Positions 10,620 to 20,175 of a stretch of 35,957 nt of DNA are shown here, in pieces; within the stretch, counting starts at the first letter, position 1; each line of letters starts with the position of its first letter. The notes under the pieces were generated by a model. That model searched no databases. It was not told the DNA's origin and saw only the letters and a program-made list of their open reading frames with translations. Where the stretch lies: the sequence record SRR20825010_214. One strand, 5' to 3'. The position numbers and the translations under genes are program-made.

Positions 10620-10654
10620 CAAAAGTATATATTTCCTACCATTTTAGTAGACTA
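10620..10654 (-). promoter_or_regulatory. Bacteroidetes -7 box plus candidate Rrf2 operator for the DUF2061-cysHDN operon
   Basis: Minus strand TACTTTTG (10627-10620) preceded by the imperfect palindrome GTCTAC-TAAAATG-GTAGGA. Confidence 0.6.
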
Positions 10655-10670
10655 ATAAGTTAAATTTTTT

Positions 10671-11084
10671 TTAATGCTTTCTCAACACATCCATTAATGA
10701 CTTGTTCTCCAACACTTTAAGCGTATTATCACGCACCTCGCTCATGACAACATTTAGCCCACAAATGTCTTCTTGACAGTTTTCACATCGTTCATAATAG
10801 TTTAGACTTACACATGGAAGCAATGCAATAGGGCCATCGAGTAACCTAATAATTTTTGCTAGGCCAATCTCCTCGGGCGGTTTAATAAGGTAATAGCCTC
10901 CACCCTTTCCCTTCTTACTTCCCAAAATCCCAGACTTCTTTAATTCCAAAAGAATATTCTCTAAGAATTTCAATGAGATTTTTCTCTCTTCTGAAATTTC
11001 AGAAATGAGTACAGGTCCCTTGTCTTGGTTTTCGGCCAAGTAGGTTAGAGCATGGAACGCGTATTGGGTTTTTTTAGATAGCAC
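10671..11084 (-). CDS. Rrf2 family transcriptional regulator (CymR/IscR-like)
   Basis: YAFHAL, ISLKFLENILLELKKSG, SKKGKGGGYYL, IIRLLDGPIALLPC; four C-terminal Cys residues. Confidence 0.92.
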   Translation of the reverse strand: MLSKKTQYAFHALTYLAENQDKGPVLISEISEERKISLKFLENILLELKKSGILGSKKGKGGGYYLIKPPEEIGLAKIIRLLDGPIALLPCVSLNYYERCENCQEDICGLNVVMSEVRDNTLKVLENKSLMDVLRKH

Positions 11085-11125
11085 TTTTGGATATTAATTA
11101 ACGAAGTTATCAAAAATAAGGATTG

Positions 11126-11152
11126 AAAATAAAAAAGGAGCCTAAAGCTCCC
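11126..11152 (-). terminator. Intrinsic terminator of dnaN
   Basis: Minus strand GGAGC-TTTAG-GCTCC followed by TTTTTTATTTT. Confidence 0.7.
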
Positions 11153-11179
11153 TTCCTTATCTTTTTGCTTAATGATGAA

Positions 11180-12301
11180 TTAGTAGTTATTCAACATTAC
11201 TGGCATTACCAGCATTAGAATATCTTCGCTTTCATCTTTATCTCCAGGAATCAAAAGACCAGCACGGTTAGGCGCTGACATTTGAAGCGTCACTTCTTTA
11301 GTATGAAGATTGCTCAACATTTCCACCAAAAACTTGGCATTGAACCCAATTTCGATATCCTCTCCCTCATGCTCACAAGCCAAAGTTTCCTTTGCTTCGT
11401 TAGAGAAATCTAAATCTTCGGCAGAAACAGTCAGTTCGCTACCTGTGATTTTCAACCTAATTTGGTGTGTAGTTTTGTTGGCGTAAATCGAAATCCTCTT
11501 CAGTGAACCTAAGAGTTCGCTTTTGTTGATTTTCATTTCGATTGGGTTGTCGGAAGGAATTACATTTTCATAATCAGGAAAACGCTCATCAATCAAACGA
11601 CAAATCATTTTAATTGCATTGAAGTGGAAGTAGGCATTCGATGCATTGTATTCAACCACCACATTCGAGTTCTCTGACGGCAAAGTAGACTTCAACAAGT
11701 TTAAAGCTTTGCGAGGAATAATGATTGACATCCCTGTATCGGAAGCTACATCTACTCTTCTGTAACGTACCAAACGGTGACCGTCAGTGGCTACAAAAGT
11801 AGTGTTTGTTTCTGCCAGTTTTACGTAAACCCCGGTCATTGCTGGTCGCAACTCATCATTGCTCGTGGCAAAGATGGTATTGTTGATCGCGCTACTCAAT
11901 ACCTCTGTAGACATGTCCACTTGATAGGCATCAGTCACTTCTGGTACTTTAGGAAAATCAGTGGCATTTTCTCCAGCCAATTTATATCTACCATTATCAG
12001 AGTTGATTTCAACGCTATACGTTTCATTGTCAATAGTAAACGTAACAGGCTGCTCTGGTAAATTCTTAAGGGTATCCATAAGGATACGAGCAGGAACCGC
12101 TATGCTTCCATTTTCCTTTGCTTCCACATCAATCTCTGTAATCATAGAGGTTTGAAGATCGGAAGCCGTGATGGTCAACAATCCATCTTTAATTTCGAAT
12201 AAAAAGTTTTCAAGGATTGGCACTACTGGATTAGTAGTGATTACTCCATTGATATTGGAAAGGCGTTTTAGCAATTCTGCTGAAGAAACGATAAACTTCA
12301 T
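11180..12301 (-). CDS. dnaN: DNA polymerase III beta sliding clamp
   Basis: PILENFLF, ASDLQ, RPAMTGV, VATDGHRL, RFPDYENVIP, IGFNAKFL, LVMPV. Confidence 0.97.
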   Translation of the reverse strand: MKFIVSSAELLKRLSNINGVITTNPVVPILENFLFEIKDGLLTITASDLQTSMITEIDVEAKENGSIAVPARILMDTLKNLPEQPVTFTIDNETYSVEINSDNGRYKLAGENATDFPKVPEVTDAYQVDMSTEVLSSAINNTIFATSNDELRPAMTGVYVKLAETNTTFVATDGHRLVRYRRVDVASDTGMSIIIPRKALNLLKSTLPSENSNVVVEYNASNAYFHFNAIKMICRLIDERFPDYENVIPSDNPIEMKINKSELLGSLKRISIYANKTTHQIRLKITGSELTVSAEDLDFSNEAKETLACEHEGEDIEIGFNAKFLVEMLSNLHTKEVTLQMSAPNRAGLLIPGDKDESEDILMLVMPVMLNNY

Positions 12302-12476
12302 AAAAACCGGGTTTATTACAGTGGGTACTTTAAGCGCATAAAGTTAAAAATAAAATCAATACTCGGTATCAAAACCTAGCTTTTTGGCACAAAGGATAAA
12401 TTTACTTGTTCACTTACCTCAAACCTAGTACTTACCTCCATTTAAAACTCCTTTTCATCAATACTATTGAGACCTC

Positions 12477-13775
12477 CTAGGACGTAATTTTCTTTGGTTT
12501 TGGCGGGCGATTTAAGAAATCTAATATGGTTTGATACACGTATTCTAAATCTTCGTCACTAATTACATAGGGAGGAATCAAATAAAGTACATTACCTAGG
12601 GGACGTAATAAAACACCTTTGCTAATAAAATATGGATAGAGGTAGTGGCGTGCCTCATTGAAATAAGAAGTGTCCTTCTCAGTATTCATTTCAAAGGCCA
12701 GGATTGTACCGAGGACTCTCGCATTTCTTACCATAGAATGACTTTCTATTACCTTCATAAACGAAAGGTGACTATGGTTTAACCTCAATCTATTCTCTTT
12801 ACTTTCTTTAGTAAGTAATAAATCCAATGAAGCATTTGCGGCTGCACAGGTCATTGGATTAGCTGTAAATGAGTGGCCGTGAAAGAAGGTTTTCATCAAG
12901 TCATTTGAACGATAAGCCGCTTGAATTTTTTCCGTGCATGTGGTGACCCCCATGGCAATTGCACCTCCCGTTAGCCCTTTTGACAAACAAAAAACATCTG
13001 GCTTATTAGTGAGCCAATCAGAAGCAAACAACTTCCCTGTTCTGCCAAATCCTGTCATGACTTCATCGGCAATACAGGCCACATCATAACGCTGTGCCAG
13101 AGCAATCATCTTATCGAGCAAAGCAATACTGTAGACACGCATACCTGATGCACCTTGAATGATGGGCTCGAAGATAAAAGCAGCTACATCACCTTTTTTC
13201 ACCAAAGCTTTAAACTGCTGATAAACCGCCTCTTCTTTTCCTTTTTCTGGGAAATCAATAAAACTGACATCGAACAAATAGGGATCAAATGGCTCAGTAA
13301 ATGGCCCCCTCTCCCCTACCGACATGGCACCAAAGGTGTCCCCATGGTATGCGCCATCGATAGCTATAATTTTCCTTTTATTAATGCCTTGATTGTAGAA
13401 ATACTGGAAAGCCATTTTTATGGCCACTTCCGTAGCCGTACTTCCATTATCCGAGTAAAAAACTTTTGATTGATTCTCTGGCAGTATTTCCAACAAGCGT
13501 TCCGCCAATAGAATGGCTGGTTCGTGTGTAAATCCAGCAAAGATTACGTGCTCCAATTTTGCAGCCTGATCGGCAATCGCTTTGGCAATGTGTGGATGAC
13601 TATGTCCATGTAAGTTTACCCACCAAGAAGAGATGGCATCAATAATTTTTATTCCGTCACTGGTGAATAGATTGACTCCTTCAGCCCGCTCTATCATTAG
13701 TGGGCTTTCCATTCCCCTTAAGGGAGTAAAAGGATGCCAAATCACCGCACCATCTCTTTTTATCCAATCACTCAT
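12477..13775 (-). CDS. bioA: Adenosylmethionine-8-amino-7-oxononanoate aminotransferase
   Basis: IWHPFT, DAISSWWVNLHGH, YHGDTFG, IADEVMTGFGRTG, LSKGLTGG, HGHSFTANP, LLRPLGN. Confidence 0.96.
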   Translation of the reverse strand: MSDWIKRDGAVIWHPFTPLRGMESPLMIERAEGVNLFTSDGIKIIDAISSWWVNLHGHSHPHIAKAIADQAAKLEHVIFAGFTHEPAILLAERLLEILPENQSKVFYSDNGSTATEVAIKMAFQYFYNQGINKRKIIAIDGAYHGDTFGAMSVGERGPFTEPFDPYLFDVSFIDFPEKGKEEAVYQQFKALVKKGDVAAFIFEPIIQGASGMRVYSIALLDKMIALAQRYDVACIADEVMTGFGRTGKLFASDWLTNKPDVFCLSKGLTGGAIAMGVTTCTEKIQAAYRSNDLMKTFFHGHSFTANPMTCAAANASLDLLLTKESKENRLRLNHSHLSFMKVIESHSMVRNARVLGTILAFEMNTEKDTSYFNEARHYLYPYFISKGVLLRPLGNVLYLIPPYVISDEDLEYVYQTILDFLNRPPKPKKITS

Positions 13776-14379
13776 ACCAACTCAACATCAATTCGTCTGC
13801 CCAATACTTAATTACCTCTTTATTGATCAAACTTAGTTTTGGCAACCTTAGCAATACCTTATAGCCAGATTTCTGTTCGATAATGTTTTCACTTTCAAAA
13901 TTAGACTCTCCATTAAAAATCATACCCAACACAGGGATTTCATTTCGTTTTAAATAGTCTACTGTCAGTAATGTATGATTAATGCAGCCCAGATAGAGAT
14001 TCACCACCAAAATAACTGGAGCTGACAATTCTTTGGCTATATCAATCACATATTCATCTTGATTAATCGGCACCAAAACACCTCCAGCACCTTCAATTAC
14101 AATATCATTTATGGTTTCAGGAAGAACAAAATCATCCAATTGTATTGCTAAATGTTCGAACTTGGCTGCGGAATGTGGTGAAGCTGGGATTTTGAAGACG
14201 TGAGTTTCGGGATGAAATCGGGTAATCTCATTACTTACCAATTCTTTAACCTTGGTGGTATCCATTGGTATCCCTGCTTGAATTGGTTTCCAATAATCGG
14301 CTTTTAATGCTTCTACTAAAACTGAAGAAACCAACGTTTTCCCACTGTCGGTACCTATGGCCGTTACAAAATAATTCAT
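13768..14379 (-). CDS. bioD: Dethiobiotin synthase
   Basis: TAIGTDSGKT, WKPIQAG, ASPH, IEGAGG, YLGCINHTLL. Confidence 0.95.
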   Translation of the reverse strand: MNYFVTAIGTDSGKTLVSSVLVEALKADYWKPIQAGIPMDTTKVKELVSNEITRFHPETHVFKIPASPHSAAKFEHLAIQLDDFVLPETINDIVIEGAGGVLVPINQDEYVIDIAKELSAPVILVVNLYLGCINHTLLTVDYLKRNEIPVLGMIFNGESNFESENIIEQKSGYKVLLRLPKLSLINKEVIKYWADELMLSWYE

Positions 14380-14383
14380 GGTG

Positions 14384-14391
14384 CAAAGCTA
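14384..14391 (-). promoter_or_regulatory. Bacteroidetes -7 promoter box for bioD
   Basis: Minus strand TAGCTTTG (TAnnTTTG), 4 nt upstream of the bioD ATG. Confidence 0.6.
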
Positions 14392-14401
14392 TGAACGAAA
14401 C

Positions 14402-16471
14402 TTAAGACACAAAAGGAAAACGCCTTTGCCCTACTTCAATAAGTTTATCTCTCAGGGCGTCAAGCTTGATGGGTTTTATCAAGTAATCGTCCATGCCATT
14501 TTCGATTGCATTTTTAACATCCTCATCAAACGCACTGGCTGAAATACCAATAATATATGGTGAGGAATTGAGGTTAAGCTCACGGATTTTCCTAGTGGCT
14601 TCAATACCATCCATTGCTGGCATTTGAACATCCATTAAAACAACATCATAAGAATTATCCAGCATTTGAGATAATACTTCTAGCCCTGTTTTGGCCAGGT
14701 CTGGGATATAGCCCATACGTTCTAAAATTAGGCAAATGAGCTTACTATTAATCTTGTTGTCCTCTGCTAAAAGAATTTTTAAAGGGTATTTCCCTGAGAG
14801 TACATCTCCCAATTTATCCACTTCATAGCGACTTGTCTCAATTACCCCTCCTTTTTCCTGCTCTATCATTTCACCAATAGCTAGTCTCATGAAGACGTTA
14901 AAAGTGAATAGAGAGCCTTTCCCTAATTCACTTTGAATAGAAACCTTACCGTTATATAATTTCAATAAGTTTTTTACAATCGCCAATCCTAAGCCACTGC
15001 CGCCAAATCTTCTGGAGTTTGAAGATTCTACTTGGGTAAATTCTTTAAAGAGGTTTTTAACTTCCTCTTTCGCTACTCCTATACCCGTATCTTGAATTTT
15101 GAACTCGATATTAGCTGTATCTCCTTTCAATTCAATTATAGAGATTTTAACCGACACAAAACCTCGCTCGGTAAACTTAACCGCATTAGAGAGTAAATTG
15201 ACCAGTATTTGTCCAAGTCTGTTTCTATCGGCATAGAAAAACTCAGGTACATTTTCATCAATGTATAAATTCAAACCCACCTTTTTACCCTTGGCCTCAT
15301 AGGCCACAAGGTTTAAAGATTCCTCTACAATCCTTTTCAAGCCAAACACCGATTCTTCTAGCATCACTTTCCCCGATTCAATTCTGGAATAGTCAAGAAT
15401 GTCATTTATAATTCGAAGTAATGTTTCCCCACTTACTTTTATGGTTTCTACATAATCGCGTTGTTCTGTGTTGAGCAATGTCTCATTCAAGAGATTAGTC
15501 ATTCCTATTACCCCATTCATCGGAGTTCTGATCTCATGACTCATGGTAGCCAAAAAGGTGCTCTTGGCATGATTAGCGCTTTCTGCGGCTTCCTTGGCAA
15601 GCTTCAAGCCTTCTTCCAATTGCTTTTGAGCTGATATATCGCGCATCATCAAAAGGATTCTATCATCGGTAAGTTTAATAAACCGCCCTTCGCAAACATG
15701 CTCCCTTTTGTTCAAGATCAGTTTAAATTCAACCGTTTGCATTTCTTCGGTAAGGTGAGCCTTTTCTAAACTTTCAGACATTAGTGGGACAATATCTTCA
15801 GGAAAAACACTCACTATATTCTCTCCCAATCGCTTTTCGACAGAAAGCTGTGTGGTTATCTCATTCTTTGCGTGATAGTTCAGGAGGAAACCTCTTTTAT
15901 CAAAAGTAAACATAGTGTCAGGAATCGCATCTAAGATTAAGATCTGTTCCTTTTCAAACTTCTTGATTTCTAATTCTGCATTGTAAATTCCTGTTATATT
16001 TTTTGCGATTCCGGTTACTGAAACCAATTCGCCTTGATCGTTAAAAATGGGTTTGTGAAACACTTCCAGCATATGAGGAAGCCCTCTTGCATCATTGACT
16101 TCTACAAAATAAGGAGGAACAGAATCGTACTTCCCGGAAAGAAAACCATCAATTCTTTCGCGCGCTTTTATATTAATAGGGTTGTCAGAATAGCTTGTAC
16201 TATAGTGAGCGAGTCTTACATTCGGGTTTCTCCCCATTACCCTCACTACATTCATCGATGAATAGTTTACTATTCCCTTTGTGTCGAATTTAAACAGAAA
16301 GTCAGAAGTGTGCTCTAGAAAAAAATCTAAGTGGAACTGATTCTCTTCATTTTTCTCTATTAACTGATTGATCTCTTTTTGTAAATGAGACTTGTGCTTA
16401 TGCGTTTCAAATAGAAAATAGGCTAATACAAATGCTAAGATTACCGCTAAGGAAAGTATAAAATAGATCAT
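14402..16471 (-). CDS. Hybrid sensor histidine kinase (TM-PAS-PAS-HisKA-HATPase-REC)
   Basis: FLATMSHEIRTPMNG, NLLSNAVKFT, DTGIG, GGSGLGL, LLAEDN, LMDVQMP, DDYLIKP. Confidence 0.93.
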   Translation of the reverse strand: MIYFILSLAVILAFVLAYFLFETHKHKSHLQKEINQLIEKNEENQFHLDFFLEHTSDFLFKFDTKGIVNYSSMNVVRVMGRNPNVRLAHYSTSYSDNPINIKARERIDGFLSGKYDSVPPYFVEVNDARGLPHMLEVFHKPIFNDQGELVSVTGIAKNITGIYNAELEIKKFEKEQILILDAIPDTMFTFDKRGFLLNYHAKNEITTQLSVEKRLGENIVSVFPEDIVPLMSESLEKAHLTEEMQTVEFKLILNKREHVCEGRFIKLTDDRILLMMRDISAQKQLEEGLKLAKEAAESANHAKSTFLATMSHEIRTPMNGVIGMTNLLNETLLNTEQRDYVETIKVSGETLLRIINDILDYSRIESGKVMLEESVFGLKRIVEESLNLVAYEAKGKKVGLNLYIDENVPEFFYADRNRLGQILVNLLSNAVKFTERGFVSVKISIIELKGDTANIEFKIQDTGIGVAKEEVKNLFKEFTQVESSNSRRFGGSGLGLAIVKNLLKLYNGKVSIQSELGKGSLFTFNVFMRLAIGEMIEQEKGGVIETSRYEVDKLGDVLSGKYPLKILLAEDNKINSKLICLILERMGYIPDLAKTGLEVLSQMLDNSYDVVLMDVQMPAMDGIEATRKIRELNLNSSPYIIGISASAFDEDVKNAIENGMDDYLIKPIKLDALRDKLIEVGQRRFPFVS

Positions 16472-16555
16472 GTTACGTGTTAGCTATAGCAGATATTCAA
16501 TAACAAAAATACAGAACTACTTATACATTTATACTCTATAAAAAATGTTTCTAGT

Positions 16556-16786
16556 CTAAGGGATAGCTTTACGTAACGACTTTGCCATGTCGTCAAAGCG
16601 TTCAATTGCTTCGGTAATAAAAGTTTCATTCAGTATTTCGTCAAGCTCTTGCTCTAGCACATCAAGCTCACTTACCTTGAAAGTTTGTTCAAAACCACCG
16701 TTCTCCAACTTAATGAGGAACTTGCCATTCCATGAAAAAACGGTGATTTTACACTTGTTATTAGGTATTTCTTTAACAATTCTCAC
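16556..16786 (-). CDS. Conserved hypothetical protein
   Basis: 76-aa ORF co-oriented with osmC (KITVFSWNGKFLIKLE.G.FEQTFK), plausible operon spacing. Confidence 0.7.
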   Translation of the reverse strand: MRIVKEIPNNKCKITVFSWNGKFLIKLENGGFEQTFKVSELDVLEQELDEILNETFITEAIERFDDMAKSLRKAIP

Positions 16787-16796
16787 AAGCTAAGCT

Positions 16797-17201
16797 TTAG
16801 GCCCTGTTAACGATAAATTTATGGTCTACTTCAGCACTTAATGAACCTGCAACTGAACAGTATTTTGTAGCCGCTAAATGCCCCATTTTCTCGAATTCCT
16901 CTTCGGTTACATCAGGAGAGTTTACTGTAAAAATTAGAGTAATATGAGTAAAGCCTCTTGGGTGTTCATCTCTTCGGGTACCATCAGCTACAACGGTAAG
17001 ACCATTAACGGTTTTCTTACGTTTTTTCAACATTTGAACCAGGTCCACCGAAGCGCAAGCAGCAAGGCTAGAAAGCAACAATTGAGTGGGCGACATGTGC
17101 TTTTTCTTATCGGCAGAGTACATATCAATATCTAAAACATTGCCCTCTTCATTGACCGATTGAAATTCGTAATCATCCTTGAACGTTGTGGTAACTCTCA
17201 T
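16797..17201 (-). CDS. OsmC/YhfA family protein
   Basis: SPTQLLLSSLAACASVD and KYCSV two-Cys signature. Confidence 0.9.
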   Translation of the reverse strand: MRVTTTFKDDYEFQSVNEEGNVLDIDMYSADKKKHMSPTQLLLSSLAACASVDLVQMLKKRKKTVNGLTVVADGTRRDEHPRGFTHITLIFTVNSPDVTEEEFEKMGHLAATKYCSVAGSLSAEVDHKFIVNRA

Positions 17202-17307
17202 ATTGCATGGTTTTATTAAAGTTCAAAATTAAATCAATTATGCAGTTAACCACACAATATTGACATAAGTTTTAGGGTTGTGTGACAAGTACCAACCTAG
17301 AGATAAC

Positions 17308-18327
17308 ATGACTCAAATACGTATTACGGCAAGCCTGATGGCTGCATTTTTATTTATGATCATACAAAGTTGTGGTGGAAACAGCGATACCACACCACAG
17401 CTACAAGTAACCATCGAAAATCAGTTCACAAACCTTCCATCCAATGTCTCTGTATTTTTTAAAGTACAGGATGGCGCAGGAAAAGGAAAGGCTGGTTTAA
17501 AAGAAGCGGATTTCAACATCTACGAAAACGGAAGTCTAATCTCAGAGTTTGAGGCGGTAAGAAAAATACAGCCCAATGAACAGGTTTTAGACTACAACAT
17601 TATGCTTTTACTTGATTTGAGCGGAAGTATTTTAAGCAGCCAGAATCTTGTTCCTTTAAAGTCTGCCGCCAAAAGCTTTATTGATGAGGTAGTTCCTTCT
17701 GAAGGGGAGGCGTCTTCCGGAGCAGTAAAAGTAGAGATCTGGTGGTTTGATGGTTCTCAGAACATTAAGCAGTTGCAGCCCATCACTTCTAATACCACTA
17801 CCTTAAAAAATGCCATAGACAATATCAATGCGTCCATGAGCTCAGACAATTCCACCAACCTTTATGGCGCGGTGATACAAAGCGTTGGAATAGCAACGCA
17901 ACGCCTCAGTCAGTCTCAAGAACTGGATAAGTTTGGATCGAATTCGGTAGTGATCTTTACCGATGGAACCGATCAAGCCAATCGTTCAACGAAAGGTCAG
18001 GCATTAGAGGCCGTTAGAAAAGCTGACCCTTCCATTTCCTTCTATACAATAGGGCTTGGAGGTGAAATTGACGAACCAGTATTGAAAGAGATAGGGAAAA
18101 CCAGCTTCGTATCAGCTATAAACATTGGTGAGTTGTTAGATAAGTTCAAAGAGATTGGTGATTTGATCAACAGCAAAGCCAACAGTTACTACTTACTAGA
18201 ATACTGCTCTCCGAAACGTTCAGGTAGTAATCAACTCACCATTGAAGTGGTGCAAGGCAACCTGAGAGGAAGTGCCAAAACTATTTTTGACGCTTCAGAT
18301 TTTAATGGCAGTTGTAATATACAGTAA
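17308..18327 (+). CDS. VWA-domain lipoprotein
   Basis: Lipobox IIQS-C after a hydrophobic stretch from ATG 17308; MIDAS DLSGS...STNLY...FTDG; YTIGLG. Confidence 0.8.
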   Translation: MTQIRITASLMAAFLFMIIQSCGGNSDTTPQLQVTIENQFTNLPSNVSVFFKVQDGAGKGKAGLKEADFNIYENGSLISEFEAVRKIQPNEQVLDYNIMLLLDLSGSILSSQNLVPLKSAAKSFIDEVVPSEGEASSGAVKVEIWWFDGSQNIKQLQPITSNTTTLKNAIDNINASMSSDNSTNLYGAVIQSVGIATQRLSQSQELDKFGSNSVVIFTDGTDQANRSTKGQALEAVRKADPSISFYTIGLGGEIDEPVLKEIGKTSFVSAINIGELLDKFKEIGDLINSKANSYYLLEYCSPKRSGSNQLTIEVVQGNLRGSAKTIFDASDFNGSCNIQ

Positions 18328-18362
18328 TTTGAAAAAACGCAAGGAATATTGATCCATCAAGG

Positions 18363-18403
18363 AATGAATTAGGGACATTATCAGAGTCTGTCCCTAATTC
18401 ATT
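18363..18403. repeat. 15-bp perfect inverted repeat between convergent genes (terminator or REP-like)
   Basis: AATGAATTAGGGACA-N11-TGTCCCTAATTCATT. Confidence 0.8.
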
Positions 18404-18450
18404 TACTTGAAGTTTTAATGACTTTTGGTGACCTTTTAAGGTCTTCAATA

Positions 18451-18813
18451 TTAAACAACTTGGCTTTTCGCTCTTTTTCTCATTTCAAAGAAGATAAACA
18501 AATTGAAAAAGTGCATTGCTCCGAGAATCAGAATAATCGCTCCTACACTTTTGCTTAGTGTTTTCATCAATTCTACGGTACTACCAACCTCTCCCATATT
18601 CTGAAGTGTAAATACAGCATAGCCAATGTTAATGAGGTAAAATCCAACAACTAGTAGTTGATTGACACTATCGGCAAGCGGCTCATTACCGTGATAGATA
18701 TCCACCAAAAAAATACGCCCATTCTTGAATAGCGTTCTAGCTACCCAAGTAGTAAGACCAATGGTAAGTACCAAATAGATACTGTAAGCGAGCATTGTAT
18801 AATCTAAGTTCAT
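18451..18813 (-). CDS. Conserved small membrane protein
   Basis: Three TM segments; LFKNGRIFL, LADSVNQLLVVGFYLINIGY, LGAMHFFN. Usually found near GbsR-like regulators. Confidence 0.8.
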   Translation of the reverse strand: MNLDYTMLAYSIYLVLTIGLTTWVARTLFKNGRIFLVDIYHGNEPLADSVNQLLVVGFYLINIGYAVFTLQNMGEVGSTVELMKTLSKSVGAIILILGAMHFFNLFIFFEMRKRAKSQVV

Positions 18814-18825
18814 AATTGTAAAGGG

Positions 18826-19236
18826 TTAATGTGAATTATTAATTTTGGCCACTTTCATGGCTATTTTAATTTGATAAAGTCGATAGATAATGGTGAATTG
18901 ATATATGCCTGTACCCCATGGCACTCCCAAGGCCCAAAAAAGAAAGATTGTGTCATCCCATCCGAAACTTTGGGAAAGAATAAAAAGCACCATAGCATAG
19001 GCAACTGTAGCAATCCAGTAAGTCCTAAATCCATTCTCAGCCCAAACTGGGTAACTACGATCCGTTAAGGCAAAATAAAACCCTACAAGCAATTGCATGA
19101 TGCCTAAAGGCAGCTCAGCCCATGATAAAAGCATTAGATTTTCATTTGAAAAATCACTCGCAAACGAGAATAGGATAAAAATGGCGATCCAAGTCAAAAT
19201 TCCAGAAGTAGCGAAGTATAGCTTATAGTGTTCCAT
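18826..19236 (-). CDS. Hypothetical membrane protein (paralog of 21156-21524)
   Basis: About four TM segments; PxW-x5-RxYWxxTxxY motif. Confidence 0.7.
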   Translation of the reverse strand: MEHYKLYFATSGILTWIAIFILFSFASDFSNENLMLLSWAELPLGIMQLLVGFYFALTDRSYPVWAENGFRTYWIATVAYAMVLFILSQSFGWDDTIFLFWALGVPWGTGIYQFTIIYRLYQIKIAMKVAKINNSH

Positions 19237-19253
19237 ATCTTACTATTTTCAGT

Positions 19254-20159
19254 TCAGTCAATTAAACTCTTTAGAGCTCCTGATAATTCTGGGTATTTAA
19301 AAGTAAACCCCTCCTCTTCCAATCTCTTCGATCTTACGTATCTACCATAAATCGCCAACTCAGGGTCGGTTTTAAAAACATATTTCGCCCCAAACTTTAT
19401 CATGAATAATGGCAATGAAAGCCCAATTAAGGGTCTCATTCTACTTCTCAGCTCTTTCATGAACTCCTGATTTGATACTGGCTTTGGAGCGCTTGCTATA
19501 TAGAATCCATCATATTTATGGTCGACTATTGCTTCATGAATCATATTATTCAAGTCATGCTCGTGGATCCAGCTCATCCCCTGTTTTCCGTTTCCAACTT
19601 TGCCACCTAAACCAAGGTTGACGATCCTTTTCAAGCTGGTTAAAGCACCTCCGTTTCGCCCAATCACAAAGCTTGTTCGCAACCTAACACCTCTCGTGTT
19701 TTCGGGTAAGGCGGCTAAAAACGTTTTCTCCCAAGCCTTCCCAACAAATGGTGCCAAACCATAACCTGTTGAAGAGTTTTCATCGCAAACTTGAGCAACA
19801 GAATCTCCATAGATGTGAGCAGTAGACATTTGAACCCAAACCTTTGGAGGATTCTTGACCGATTTTAATGCTTCACCAATCACTTTTGTAGAATCTACCC
19901 TTGACCTCAATATTTCGTCACAATGATCAGGCGTTTTGATGCAGTCAACAGACCTGCCTGCCAAATTCACAATGGCGGTGGCTCCGTCTAAAACTTCACA
20001 CCAATCACCGAGAGTAACACCATCCCATTGCACAAAGTCGAAGTCCAAATCAGGTTTGTTGCGGGCTACTAAAATTGGTTGATACCCTTTTTCTTTTAAG
20101 AATTTAGCCAAGCTAATCCCTAAAAAGCCTGTTCCTCCTGTAATTACGATCTTTTTCAT
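19254..20159 (-). CDS. TIGR01777 family NAD-dependent epimerase-like protein (YfcH/SDR39U1)
   Basis: KIVITGGTGFLG, VNLAG, ILRSRVDST, GLGGKVGNGKQGMSWIH, GFTFKYP. ATG 20159 preferred. Confidence 0.9.
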   Translation of the reverse strand: MKKIVITGGTGFLGISLAKFLKEKGYQPILVARNKPDLDFDFVQWDGVTLGDWCEVLDGATAIVNLAGRSVDCIKTPDHCDEILRSRVDSTKVIGEALKSVKNPPKVWVQMSTAHIYGDSVAQVCDENSSTGYGLAPFVGKAWEKTFLAALPENTRGVRLRTSFVIGRNGGALTSLKRIVNLGLGGKVGNGKQGMSWIHEHDLNNMIHEAIVDHKYDGFYIASAPKPVSNQEFMKELRSRMRPLIGLSLPLFMIKFGAKYVFKTDPELAIYGRYVRSKRLEEEGFTFKYPELSGALKSLID

Positions 20160-20175
20160 AATGCTCTGTTTATTA

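Noticed and set aside
12412-12438. Direct repeat ACTTACCTC x2 (18-bp period) upstream of dnaN
   Set aside because: Only two short copies and no supporting context.
11180-12476. dnaN as a marker of oriC
   Set aside because: No dnaA, recF or gyrB nearby and no DnaA-box cluster seen; an isolated dnaN is usual in Bacteroidetes.
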